Of a DNA stretch of 32,000 nt, positions 1 through 10,677 are shown piece after piece (within the stretch, counting starts at the first letter, position 1; each line of letters begins with the position of its first letter). The translations under genes and the position numbers were made by a program. The DNA comes from Methanocaldococcus jannaschii DSM 2661 (GTDB taxonomy: Archaea; AGJL01; Methanococci; Methanococcales; Methanocaldococcaceae). The stretch lies in NCBI RefSeq assembly GCF_000091665.1, contig NC_000909.1, forward strand, positions 1,434,118-1,466,117, in the 5' to 3' direction. The notes beneath the pieces were generated by a model. The model did no database searches. It was not told the DNA's origin and saw nothing but the letters and a program-made list of their open reading frames with translations.

Positions 1-78
1 TATAGATTTATGATTTCTATGGAGTTATTTTGAAGTTATTTTAGAGACATAAAAAATATAATAATAAAATATTATTGT

Positions 79-1296
79 TTATAACTCTTTCAAAATTCTT
101 TTTAAAACATTCATATCACATTCAATCTTTATCGGCTCTTCACTTGCCCTTATAGCTGCATCTGGGTCTTTCAACCCATGCCCTGTTGTTATACAAACAA
201 TTCTTTCATCTCTATCAATAATTCCTTCTTCTAATAACTTTTTAAGCCCAGCTATTGATGAAGCTGAAGCTGGTTCAACAAAAATTCCCTCTTTTCTTGC
301 CAATAGCTTTTGAGCTTCAACAATCTCTTCATCAGTAACTGCTTCAGCATAACCTCCAGAGGAGTATATGGCATCTAAAGCCTTTGGGGCATTTACTGGA
401 TTTCCAATCCTTATAGCTGTTGCAATTGTCTCTGGATTTTTATATGGGATGATGTCTTTAGCTCTCTTTCTAAATGCTTCAACAATTGGCTTAGCTCCAT
501 CTGCCTGAATTCCGGTCATTTTTGGGAGTTCATCTATAATGCCAGTAATTTCAAATTCTTTAAATCCTTTCCATATAGCTGAGATGTTTCCAGCATTTCC
601 AACTGGAACAATAACTCTATCTGGGACTTGCCAGTTTAATTGGTCACATATTTCAAATGCTATGGTTTTCTGTCCCTCTAATCTAAATGGATTTATTGAA
701 TTTAATAAATAAATCAACTTCTCTTTTGCTAATTGTTTAACCATATCTAATGCATCATCAAAGTTCCCTTTGACTTGAATAACCTTAGCTCCATAGAACA
801 TTGCTTGAGCTAACTTTCCTAAGGCAACTTTTCCTTCTGGTAATAGAACAATACATTTCTTTCCACTTCTTGCTGAGTAAGCGGCTAAAGAAGCGGATGT
901 ATTTCCTGTTGAAGCACAGCCAACAACCTCAACACCCAACTCATTTGCCCTTGTTACTCCAACAGTCATCCCCCTATCTTTAAAGCTTCCAGTTGGATTA
1001 GCCCCTTCATTTTTTACATAGAGTTCTTTAATTCCAAGCTCTTTTTCCAAGTTGTTACATCTATATAATGGAGTTCCTCCTTCACATAGACTTACAATTT
1101 TACTTTCGTCTTTTACTGGTAAGTATTCCAAATATCTCCAGACTCCAATTTCTCTCTTTCTTAGTTTTTCTTCTGAAACTTTATCTTTAATCTCTTCATA
1201 ATCATAAATAATCTCCAATAAGCCACCACATTCGCAGGTGTAGATTATCTCATCCACATCGTAAGTTTTTCCACATTTAATACATCTTTGTAACAT
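79..1296 (-). CDS. thrC: Threonine synthase (PLP-dependent, N-terminal Cys-rich segment)
   Basis: 405-aa ORF; N-terminal CxxCxxxY...C.CGG; PLP-lysine region 'NPTGSFKDRGM'; glycine loop 'VPVGNAGNIS'; 'ITTGHGLKDP'. Confidence 0.95.
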   Translation of the reverse strand: MLQRCIKCGKTYDVDEIIYTCECGGLLEIIYDYEEIKDKVSEEKLRKREIGVWRYLEYLPVKDESKIVSLCEGGTPLYRCNNLEKELGIKELYVKNEGANPTGSFKDRGMTVGVTRANELGVEVVGCASTGNTSASLAAYSARSGKKCIVLLPEGKVALGKLAQAMFYGAKVIQVKGNFDDALDMVKQLAKEKLIYLLNSINPFRLEGQKTIAFEICDQLNWQVPDRVIVPVGNAGNISAIWKGFKEFEITGIIDELPKMTGIQADGAKPIVEAFRKRAKDIIPYKNPETIATAIRIGNPVNAPKALDAIYSSGGYAEAVTDEEIVEAQKLLARKEGIFVEPASASSIAGLKKLLEEGIIDRDERIVCITTGHGLKDPDAAIRASEEPIKIECDMNVLKRILKEL

Positions 1297-1316
1297 TATG
1301 CCACCTCATAACATTG

Positions 1317-1411
1317 AATAGGACTTTTGCAGTTTATAGATTTGTTAAGGTTACTTGATATCTAACGGTGTTATCATTCAATTAGAATTGTATTCTTGCG
1401 AAAGTCCTATT
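1317..1411. repeat. 95-bp segment bounded by 15-bp imperfect inverted repeats (AATAGGACTTTTGCA / TGCGAAAGTCCTATT)
   Basis: 1317-1331 and 1397-1411 are reverse complements at 14/15 positions; intergenic, between thrC and the IS. Confidence 0.55.
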
Positions 1412-1623
1412 AGGCACTTTTAGGCTTATATTAATTCTTTAAAATTTTATTAAGTTTTTGAAAAATGCTACATATTATTAAACATGCCACTATGTAACCA
1501 TGTATTATTAAATCTTTATGCATTAAATATTTATAGCAATACCTAATATTTAGCATTAAAAATTTAGAATCTATAAATAGAGTAAACACGAGATGTTATC
1601 TTAAAACCTTATTAGTTCCCATC

Positions 1624-2326
1624 GAGGTTGTCAAGTTAACGATTTCATCCAGTTGTAGAACATCATGAAGCTTTTTATCCAGCTAATAACCGTATCGAAT
1701 TTACTATTATTTGGAAATCTATTGTAGAATACTTTAGTTCTTCGTTTGAGCACTGAGAAGAAGCTTTCTACGCAATTTCTTAGTCCGAATTTGACTCTTT
1801 CGAATTCTAAGCCTAATTTTCGCAACGCCCACGGATACCACTTTCCACCGTCAACTAAAATCTTTGGCTTATTCGAGCAAAATTTTAATATACTCTTAAC
1901 GAATAATATAGTATCGAGGTAATTTCTTGTCTTCGATATATAAACTCCTAAGCATTCTTTCGTTTCTACATCGATGGCAGACCATGCATAAATATATTTG
2001 TCTCCAACCTTTAGTTTAGTCTCATCGATTGCAATTAAGTTTCTTTCCTTTCTTTCTGGCTCGTTTAAAACTTCTTTAATCTTGTGATAATAAATTCTAA
2101 CCGATTCGTGGCTTATGTCTTCGAATTGGGAAAGGAATAAACTTACCTTCCTTAACGATAATCCGAGGTAATACAAAAGCCCTGCTAAGATTTTAACCTC
2201 TATCGATTTCCTATTCCTTTTAAAAAGCTTCCTCTCTACGATTCTCTCCTTTATAACTTCTATCGTGAGCCTCATATTTTATTATTTTTTATCAATATTT
2301 TGATAAAAACTTAACTTGACAGTCTC
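1624..2326 (-). mobile_element. Insertion sequence of about 0.7 kb with a single DDE-type transposase
   Basis: Near-identical ends in inverted orientation: GAGGTTGTCAAGTTAA (1624-1639) and TTAACTTGACAGTCTC (2311-2326; reverse complement GAGACTGTCAAGTTAA), 14/16 identical, flanking a transposase ORF. No clear target-site duplication seen. Confidence 0.85.
1631..2275 (-). CDS. IS transposase, DDE superfamily (IS6-like arrangement; family assignment tentative)
   Basis: 214 aa; '[25 protein letters not shown]', '[21 protein letters not shown]', '[22 protein letters not shown]' give the D-D-E arrangement. The stop codon lies inside the left inverted repeat. Confidence 0.85.
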
Positions 2327-2439
2327 CAATTTTAGTGGAAAAATATAAATTAAGAAAGAATAATACTATATTATTATATGATTATAGTATTAATTTCAGC
2401 ATAAAAGATAATGTAAAATTAGAAAAAAAGAGGTTTAAT

Positions 2440-2889
2440 ATGAACAAAAACAAAATAAAAAAAAGGGGACAGTTATCTGTTGATTTTGTACTTGCAATAT
2501 TATTTTTAATGTTGGTTTCACTGTTTATTTATTACAATGCACTTACATTTACAAATAACACTACGGATGCTTTGATAGTGGATAGGATGTACAGTATAGC
2601 CGATACATTTGAGAACTATGCAATCCTTTCATATACAAAAAATGAAACAATAGTTTTGAAATTAAAACCTATTGGAGATTTGGGGTATGTAATACATGTC
2701 TCGAATAAAATTATTAATGTGAGTTATAAAACCCTTATCGTATTTACCCCAACAGATAACGGTGTCATAATTTCTGGAAGCAATATAGAAACTGCCCCAG
2801 TTGATATTGGAAAAAATATAAGCATAACTGTGACTATTGATAAAAATAATATAACAATATGTAAAGAATTGACAATAAATATAACTTAA
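2440..2889 (+). CDS. Class III signal-peptide (archaeal pilin-like) protein
   Basis: Listed ORF starts at 2335, but ATG 2440 has GAGGT at 2430-2434 and gives [10 protein letters not shown]|[22 protein letters not shown], matching the G|QxSx(E/D) class III prepilin pattern. Confidence 0.8.
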
Positions 2890-2906
2890 AATTTTGGTGG
2901 GTTATT

Positions 2907-5900
2907 ATGAAACTTTTAAAGATTTTAATGCCATTAATCATTCTTGGTATAATTTCAATAGTAAATGGATATGTTATTGTGATACATCCTAACACTATGA
3001 ACATAACTAACAGTTCTGGAGTTTATAACACAGACCCCAATATCATTGCATACAATGTAAATGACACGATAACATTTGAAGCTTTAGCCCCCGATTCTGT
3101 AGCTCAGGATATATTAGATAATGGAGTTGTTAAATGGGATTTTGGTGACTTAACTGAGACTGATTATGGGAATTATAGAACAACCACCCATACATATACA
3201 TTTCCATTTCCTTATCCAGTAGCATGGTGCGGTTATCTAAATAATACTGGCTATTCGAAAGCTTTAACTTACAACTGGCTTGTTGTTGGAGATGTAGCAA
3301 ATACTAAGTATGTATTTAATGGCAGTCCGTTGAATTCAAAGACAAGTTGGGAGGTCTATTATAATAGCACAAATAATACTGTTATAATAAAATATTACTC
3401 AGAAACCCCTGTTGATAGGGAGTTTAATGGTTTAAGTGTTGATACAACTTCAGTAACTGTAAATGTTAGCAGAGATGAAATTGTAGAAGGAGATACTGTT
3501 AAATTTAATTTTTCAGTTAGTAGAAATATAATATTCTGTGTATGGAGTTTTGGAGATGGAACTTTTTCCTTTGAAAAATTTCCAGAACATACATATACAA
3601 AGTCAGGGCTTTATTATCCAAGAGTTTTAGTTGTTGATGATTCTGGAAGGGTAATGGTTGGATATTTGGATGAAGGAATTGAAGTAAAAAGAGCAAGAGG
3701 GGGGTATATTTACTGGGTTACAGGACCAAGTCACTATGATGGAGAGGCATACACTTATGTATATAATAGCTCTGGAGATGACAATAATAATAATGGAAAT
3801 GCATACACTGACCCATATAAAATAACCTATAAAGTTAATGACACTATAAAATTTGAAATGAGTGGAGCTTGGGGAGAATATTGGAAGTGGGATTTTGGAG
3901 ATGGAACAGAAACTCCTTATACATATAAGTCTTACTTTACTCCATCATATCATCAATATAAGTTTCCATTTATGTGGCCGTTCTTCTGGATGAGTTATGG
4001 GTGGGGTAGTTGGTGGAAATCAGATACCCTCAACTTTATAGTAGTTGACGATGTAGAAAACACAAGATATAATTTTTACCCTTCATCTGCTCATGATAAA
4101 ACTTACTATGATTATGAATATAATAAAGAAAACCATACGGTTAATTTATACTACTATTCAGATGTAATTTCGACTCCAAAATTTAATGTAAAATTGAGAG
4201 ATGGATATTATATAGATATAACAGCAACTGCTGACAAAACTCAAGTTAGTGTAAATGAAAACGTTAGATTTGATTGTTCGCCTTATGGAAATCCAATATT
4301 TATAATGTGGTGTTTTGGAGATGGGACATGTTCATTTGAAAAAAGCCCTACTCATAGATATTCTTCAAGTGGACTATACTATCCTCATGTATTCGTTATA
4401 GATGATAATGGAAATATAGAGGTTGGAATTCCACCACCAATTGGAGTTGGAGGATACAGCAGTTATCCTCAAATTTATGCTTCTCCTACAATAGCCCCTA
4501 CTTACTATCCAATAAATATAACAATAGTAGAGCCGGCATCGTGGACTTGGTATTGGCATCATATATATTTCGGAGATGGTGGCAGTGTTTGGATAAAACC
4601 CAAAAAATCGCCATATACTTTCACACATACATACACTTCAGAAGGGGTTTATCCAATATATATGAAAGTTTATACTGCAGAAAATATGAAAACAGTATAT
4701 GTAATAGACAATAAAAACCCAATAGCCAAACTCTATATTTATCCAAATCCTGCAAGTTATAAAGATACAATTTCCTTTAGTCCAATAAATAGTTATGACC
4801 CAGATGCTAATAGAATGATTCCAGAGTATAATTACTACGGCACCTTAATAGGGTATTATCCTATATCTCCAAACTCACCCATGGCAAGAATATATGGATT
4901 TAACTTAACAGTTTATGATTCTAATGGAAATGTTGCATGGAATTACTCATCAAATGAATTAACTATTATATCCAAAAGTTTTCCTATAGGGAATTACACT
5001 GCTAAATTGGTAGTTTGGGATGGAATGGGAGGAGTTAATTCAACAACTGTTAAGTTTAGTGTGATAAATAGACCTCCTGTGGCTCAATTTATATACTATC
5101 CAGATAAACCTGAACCTAATGAGGATGTAGAATTCGTTTCCCAGTCTTATGACCCGGAGGGTGAAATTGCATATTACATTTGGAATTTTGGAGATGGGAC
5201 CGTTATCAATACAACAGATACGATAGTTCATCACAAATATGAAAGACCAGGCTACTATACAGTTACCTTAACAGTATTTGACAAATATAACGCAAGTAGT
5301 TCAATATCAAAACAAATAGTAGTTGGGGGTATATTAGCTAACTTTACATATGAAATAATAAATGAAAATACTGTAAGATTTGAAGATACATCAGTTGTGG
5401 CCCCTGGGAAAATAATTAGTTGGCACTGGGACTTTGGAGATGGCAGCACATCAACAGAACAAAATCCTATCCATACTTACAGCAAGGAGGGGGCATACTT
5501 TGTAACCTTAACTGTTAAAAGCGATACAAACTTAACGGATAGTGTAACAAAGATTGTTATAATTTCTCCACCTCCAAAATATCCTCCAGTTGCTGACTTT
5601 ACGTATAAAGTAATAAATGGAACTACTGTAGAGTTTAACGCTAATTTATCATACGATGAAGATGGATATATTAAATATTATATCTGGGACTTTGGAGATG
5701 GAACACCAGCAAATACAACAACAAATCCAATTATAATACACAAATATAAAAAAGAGGGGGTTTATCCAGTTACCTTGACAGTTATAGATAATGATAATCT
5801 TTCAGATTCAAGAACTAAGTTAATAAATATAGGAGAATCATTTATACATAGCGTTCCAATACCGCCATATATTGAGATATTGATAGTTATTTCAACAATA

Positions 5901-5936
5901 TTCTGTTTCTTCCAAATTATAAGGGGATTAAAATGA
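2907..5936 (+). CDS. Large secreted multi-PKD-domain surface protein with C-terminal PIP-CTERM-like sorting signal
   Basis: 1009 aa; N-terminal signal [21 protein letters not shown]; at least 8 PKD-type 'W.FGD(G)' motifs; tail [28 protein letters not shown] (short motif + TM + basic residues). Confidence 0.9.
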
Positions 5937-6160
5937 AACCTAAAAAAATAATATCTAATAAAGCTCAAATATCATTAGAATTGGCATTATTGTTAGGTGC
6001 TCTTGTAGTTGCAGCATCTATAGTTGGATTCTATTATCTAAAATCAGTTACGAGAGGGACCTCTACAGCAGAAAGTATTTCAAAAAATATAACCTTAGCT
6101 GCAAAGAATAAAGCATTGGACAATATATACAAAGTGAAGAGGGCCTTAAATGGGCAATAA
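5933..6160 (+). CDS. Class III signal-peptide pilin-like protein
   Basis: [11 protein letters not shown]|[25 protein letters not shown] matches QxSxExxxL; 4-nt ATGA overlap with the upstream PKD gene. Confidence 0.85.
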
Positions 6161-6614
6161 AAATGCTATATACATACTTAGATTTTTAATATATTTTTTT
6201 ATATTTTATTACATTTTAAAAATGTTAGAAGGAAACATAATGGACTTATTAACAATAACCCTATCTAAACTTTTAAATTTGAAATTTTACAAGAATGAAA
6301 TTATAGTTGGCAAAAATATTATAGAGATTAGCTCACCATGCACATGTTCATTAGAAATGGCTTTATTTTTAGGTTATATCTTTGGGACTCCTGATGTTCC
6401 TATTAAATATAAAATCTCATATTCAGTATTTGGACTTTCAATTATTACTATCTCAAATATTTTGAGGATAATATTAATAATAAATTATTCAAATATGATA
6501 AATTATAATGTAGTTCATGATGTCATAAGTTTTATTATCTTCCCAATAGCTTTGTTCCTGAACTGGTTTTGGATATATTTATTAAAAATGAAAAAAATAA
6601 TTATGTTTAAATGA
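6150..6614 (+). CDS. Archaeosortase/exosortase-family transpeptidase-like membrane protein (probably ArtD-like)
   Basis: 154 aa, multi-TM; ordered candidate catalytic motifs [16 protein letters not shown] (Cys), NILRIILI (Arg), [12 protein letters not shown] (His); overlaps the upstream pilin-like gene by 11 nt. Confidence 0.8.
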
Positions 6615-6624
6615 GGGATGGCAT

Positions 6625-8499
6625 ATGTTTAGAAAAATTGTTTCAAAAAGAGGGTATATATTTACTTATGAGGCAATAGTAATTGCCTTCATTTTCTTGA
6701 GTGTTTTTTATATAGGGTATATGGTTTATAGTCATAATATGCTCACAGCATTAGAGGAAAAGAAGGATACTGAAAAATTTCATAAAGCTTTGTTACTAAA
6801 AGATTATTTTTTAAGGAATAATAAATTTCCTGGAAAGTTTTATAACAAAACATATTTGGATAATTTTACAAATGAATTAGATATTAAAGAAAAAACTTTC
6901 GACTTATTTAATAATTTTAGTGAATATAAGGGATTGATTCGTTTTATAATTTATCCAAACATATATGATGAAGAACTTGACAACATTTCAGACGAAATTT
7001 GTGCAAATGATGGACTTCAGGCTATAACATATAATTTCAGTAGCAACACATTTAAAATTTATTCAAATGTAAATACTACATTTAACAACGCCAACCTAAG
7101 TATAAGTGGGATGGATTTAATTTACTTTAAAGAAAATGTATATATTCCAAAAATTACTGGAATGAAATATGGAGATTCTATAAATCTATATGGCTGTAAT
7201 GGAGACCACATTTACTTTAAAGTCAATAGCGAAATTATTTCAGCATCTGCGAGGGTTGTTACAAATAATGGTAATCCATTTATTACTTGGCAGAATTGGA
7301 GGTATGCTACTCCAATATTAATAATAAACAACCTAAATCAAAATTTAAATGATTATGATGTAAAAATTGTTTTTGATTCTCAAAGTTATATAAATTCTGG
7401 AGAGATGAGAACAGATTGTGGAGATGTAAGGTTTGTTGATGAAGATGGTAATCCATTAAGTTATTGGATAGAGCCAAATACAATAGATACTCCGCATACT
7501 GTCGCCTGGGTTAAGGTAAATTTAGCTCCAAATGAACATAAGCTAATATATATGCTTTATGGAAATCCAACAGCTACAACGACTGCAAATGGAGATAATA
7601 CCTTCCCCCTATTCTTTGATGATTTTTCTAAAGGTAATTTGGATAATACAAAATGGACTTACAACTTTAATAATCCATTATTTGTAAATGACACTTATCC
7701 AAATGGGATTAATTTTACTTATTTAAGTTTAGATTATACTTATTACAATAATCATAATTACATTATTTATGATATTAATAATACGCATATTTCCTCCATT
7801 AGTACATACTATCCAAATACTTCTGTAAGATTCCATGCAAATTTCCATAAGAAATATGAGGAGTGGGGCGGATTTTATATAAACATAAATGGAAATGACT
7901 ATAACAGAGAGGTTATAACTAACTATCACTGGGGAGGAGAGTGGCTAAGAGCTGAATCTTCTGTATTAAATCAAGATTACGATAGTTACATTATCTTACA
8001 AGACCCAGATTTATACGATAATTGGCACACTTATGAGATTCAAAGAGATGGAGGTAGTTCAGTGAATTTCATAATAGATGATGCCATATATAAAACCATA
8101 TATTCAAACATATATACTGGAGATTTACCAATTTCATTCTATGCAAGAAAATATGATTATTCAACAAAATATGGTTACTATCCTGTTCCTCAAGACGAAC
8201 AAAACGGAAATATTAGCATTGATTGGGTATTTGTTAGAAAGTATGTAGAACCAGAACCAACAGTAACGCTTCTATCTTCTGATGTCATTTTTACAGTAAA
8301 TGGATATATATACAAAAAACCATTAAAATCAGTATTTGACAATATAGATATAACTCCAAATTTAAATGTGGGGATTAATGAAATAAGGATTTTAAGCTCA
8401 CCTCTTCCAGTAGAGTTTTTAATTAAAACAAATGAAAACACTGATTTTTACTATTTAACACTATCACCTAACAATGTCACCATTGTGGTGAAACCATGA
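6625..8499 (+). CDS. Pilin-like N-terminus plus DUF2341-like/concanavalin-like ectodomain protein
   Basis: 624 aa; KRG|[23 protein letters not shown]-terminus; DUF2341-like block 'WRYATPILI...[20 protein letters not shown]...[23 protein letters not shown]...FFDDF'. Confidence 0.75.
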
Positions 8500-9032
8500 T
8501 TAATAGCGTTGATTTAGCAATTGGAACTGCCATTCTTCTCATAGGGATGGCATATTGGACAGTATCTATTGTCGAACATAACAACAATTATGTGGATATT
8601 GTAAAATCTGATTATATTTTTGATAAAGGAATAAGCACTATGGAACATCTATCAGAGGATGGAACTTTGCAAGATGCTGTTCTTTTATATTATTTTGATA
8701 GAGTTAATGATTCAAAAAAACTTTTAGAGGAAAGAATTCCACTTAAACATTATCTTCTTTATATAGATAATAACCTTCTAATAAATAAATCCAATGGGGT
8801 TAATAATAGTAATAGTGTATATATTTTAACAGTTTTAACTTTAAACAGAAGTGAAGGGTGGTATGTAATTTATGGAAATGAGGACTTTGTAAATATATCC
8901 AAGGAGAGGTTTCTTGACTATGATGACGCCTATAATTATCTAAAATATAGAAACTACGATATACATATGCCTGTGTATCTTTCAAAAAATGTATCCTCTT
9001 CAAGGGTTGAATTATATATATTAGGAAATTAA
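8496..9032 (+). CDS. Conserved hypothetical, one N-terminal TM helix (minor pilin-like candidate)
   Basis: 178 aa; [30 protein letters not shown]-terminal hydrophobic segment; ATGA overlap with upstream gene. Confidence 0.6.
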
Positions 9033-9042
9033 GGGGATTGCC

Positions 9043-10677
9043 ATGTATTTCTCTCAAAATGCGATAATTTTAGTTATGCTAATGTTTGTGATATCTGCAG
9101 TGTTTTATGCAACAATTGATTACAAAACAAAGGAAGTAGAGGATGAAATAAAAATAAAAGAAGTAAGTTTATATGAAAAAAATTTAATAAATACTATAGA
9201 TAGAAATATAGATAAAATTGTAGAAGATGCCTTTGTAAATGCAAGCTATAAAATAATGAAAGAACGAAAATTTTTTACAGCTTCAAGTGAGGCAGTTGCG
9301 TATATAACCAGCTATATAAAAAATGAAACGAAAGAATCACTAAATAATGTGAATTATGGCTACTCAAATATATCCTATAACATTAGTTCTGTTAAAATTT
9401 CACCTACATACGACCCATTAGTAGTACATTTATATTGTGAAATTGACATAAAATATTCAAAAAAATTAAATAATGGTGAGTTAATCGCATTAAAGCCAAT
9501 AGTCATCAACAGAGACATAAAATTATCAAGAATTCCTGACCCATATGTCTATTTAAATAAATTTTACTACACCTGGGGTTATGAAAAAAAGATAAATATA
9601 TATAATTTTCCAAATGATAACTACAACCGTACTTTCTGTATAATATTAAATAGTAGTAACTTTAACTATAGTGAAATGCATAACCCTCAATCTCCAACAG
9701 AGCTGAGAGTAATTGGCTGGGATTCAGTAAGTAACAAAATTATTCTTTTACCTTACTGGGTTCAAACCTGGAGAGAAGGAAATAACGATGTATCAGTAAT
9801 TTGGGTTAGAGCAAATAAAAATGAAATTTACAACTACAATAATGGGCAGGGGTATATATACATACTCTACAATTCAACTACTCCGGTAGATAGACAAGAC
9901 CCAGAACACACATTTATATTCTTTGATGATTTCAATTACTTTAACCCAGATAAATGGGATTCTGTTGGATACTTTATCATAAATAATAGTAAAATAACGG
10001 TAATTGCAGGAGCAGGTTCAAGCGTATATACAAAACAAACTTATGGAACTAGATATGAATTAATATTTAGAGCAAACTTTACTCCATCCCATGCCCAAAC
10101 TATAGGATTCTTTACACAATTAAGCGATAACGATGGAGTGGGTTGGGATATGTATGATTGGACTGGAAATAATCCAGAACTTTATATGAGAGTTGGATAC
10201 AGTGGAAGTGATATTGGGGATTATGTTCCTAATTCAAATAAATACTTAAATAAATTTTATATTTATGATTTAAAAAGAATTTCAACCACTGACTTAAACT
10301 TTACAATATTTAATGACACTTTGGATATTGAATATAGCAACTCATTTACTAATGGAAATAAGGGAAATAACTATCCAATTTCAATAACTGCTCTTATAAA
10401 TTTAAATACTAATGTTACAGTGGATTGGATATTTTTAAAAGATATAAATGATATTACAACTACCGTCCCTCCAATAGGTGTTGATGAATATCCAAATCTC
10501 GACTATAAAGAAGAAAAACCAAAAACATTTACTGGGACTATATACTATGGAGAACCAGGGAAATATATATTGGTCTATAATAGTACGTATTCTATCATTG
10601 GATTATATACTAACAAAACTGACTACTGGCTTTATCCAAATATGCCAGGATATAAACCACTTATAGAGGAAAATTAA
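9043..10677 (+). CDS. N-terminal-TM surface protein with DUF2341-like and concanavalin-like region (minor pilin-like candidate)
   Basis: 544 aa; MYFSQNAIILVMLMFVISAVFYATIDYK; '...LLPYWVQTW...VSVIWVRANK...YIYILYN...HTFIFFDDFNYFNPDKW'; 10 nt downstream of the previous gene. Confidence 0.65.
   Translation: MYFSQNAIILVMLMFVISAVFYATIDYKTKEVEDEIKIKEVSLYEKNLINTIDRNIDKIVEDAFVNASYKIMKERKFFTASSEAVAYITSYIKNETKESLNNVNYGYSNISYNISSVKISPTYDPLVVHLYCEIDIKYSKKLNNGELIALKPIVINRDIKLSRIPDPYVYLNKFYYTWGYEKKINIYNFPNDNYNRTFCIILNSSNFNYSEMHNPQSPTELRVIGWDSVSNKIILLPYWVQTWREGNNDVSVIWVRANKNEIYNYNNGQGYIYILYNSTTPVDRQDPEHTFIFFDDFNYFNPDKWDSVGYFIINNSKITVIAGAGSSVYTKQTYGTRYELIFRANFTPSHAQTIGFFTQLSDNDGVGWDMYDWTGNNPELYMRVGYSGSDIGDYVPNSNKYLNKFYIYDLKRISTTDLNFTIFNDTLDIEYSNSFTNGNKGNNYPISITALINLNTNVTVDWIFLKDINDITTTVPPIGVDEYPNLDYKEEKPKTFTGTIYYGEPGKYILVYNSTYSIIGLYTNKTDYWLYPNMPGYKPLIEEN

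Noticed and set aside
801-983. 60-aa plus-strand ORF inside thrC
   Set aside because: Antisense to a strongly supported conserved gene; low-complexity shadow translation.
4374-5968. Minus-strand ORFs of 64-84 aa (4374-4628, 5040-5234, 5255-5449, 5762-5968) within or at the end of the PKD gene
   Set aside because: Shadows of repeated PKD-coding sequence on the opposite strand; no independent domain or RBS evidence.
7729-9057. Minus-strand ORFs of 66-85 aa (7729-7929, 8190-8441, 8800-9057) in the pilin-like operon
   Set aside because: Antisense to well-supported coding genes; no recognisable motifs.
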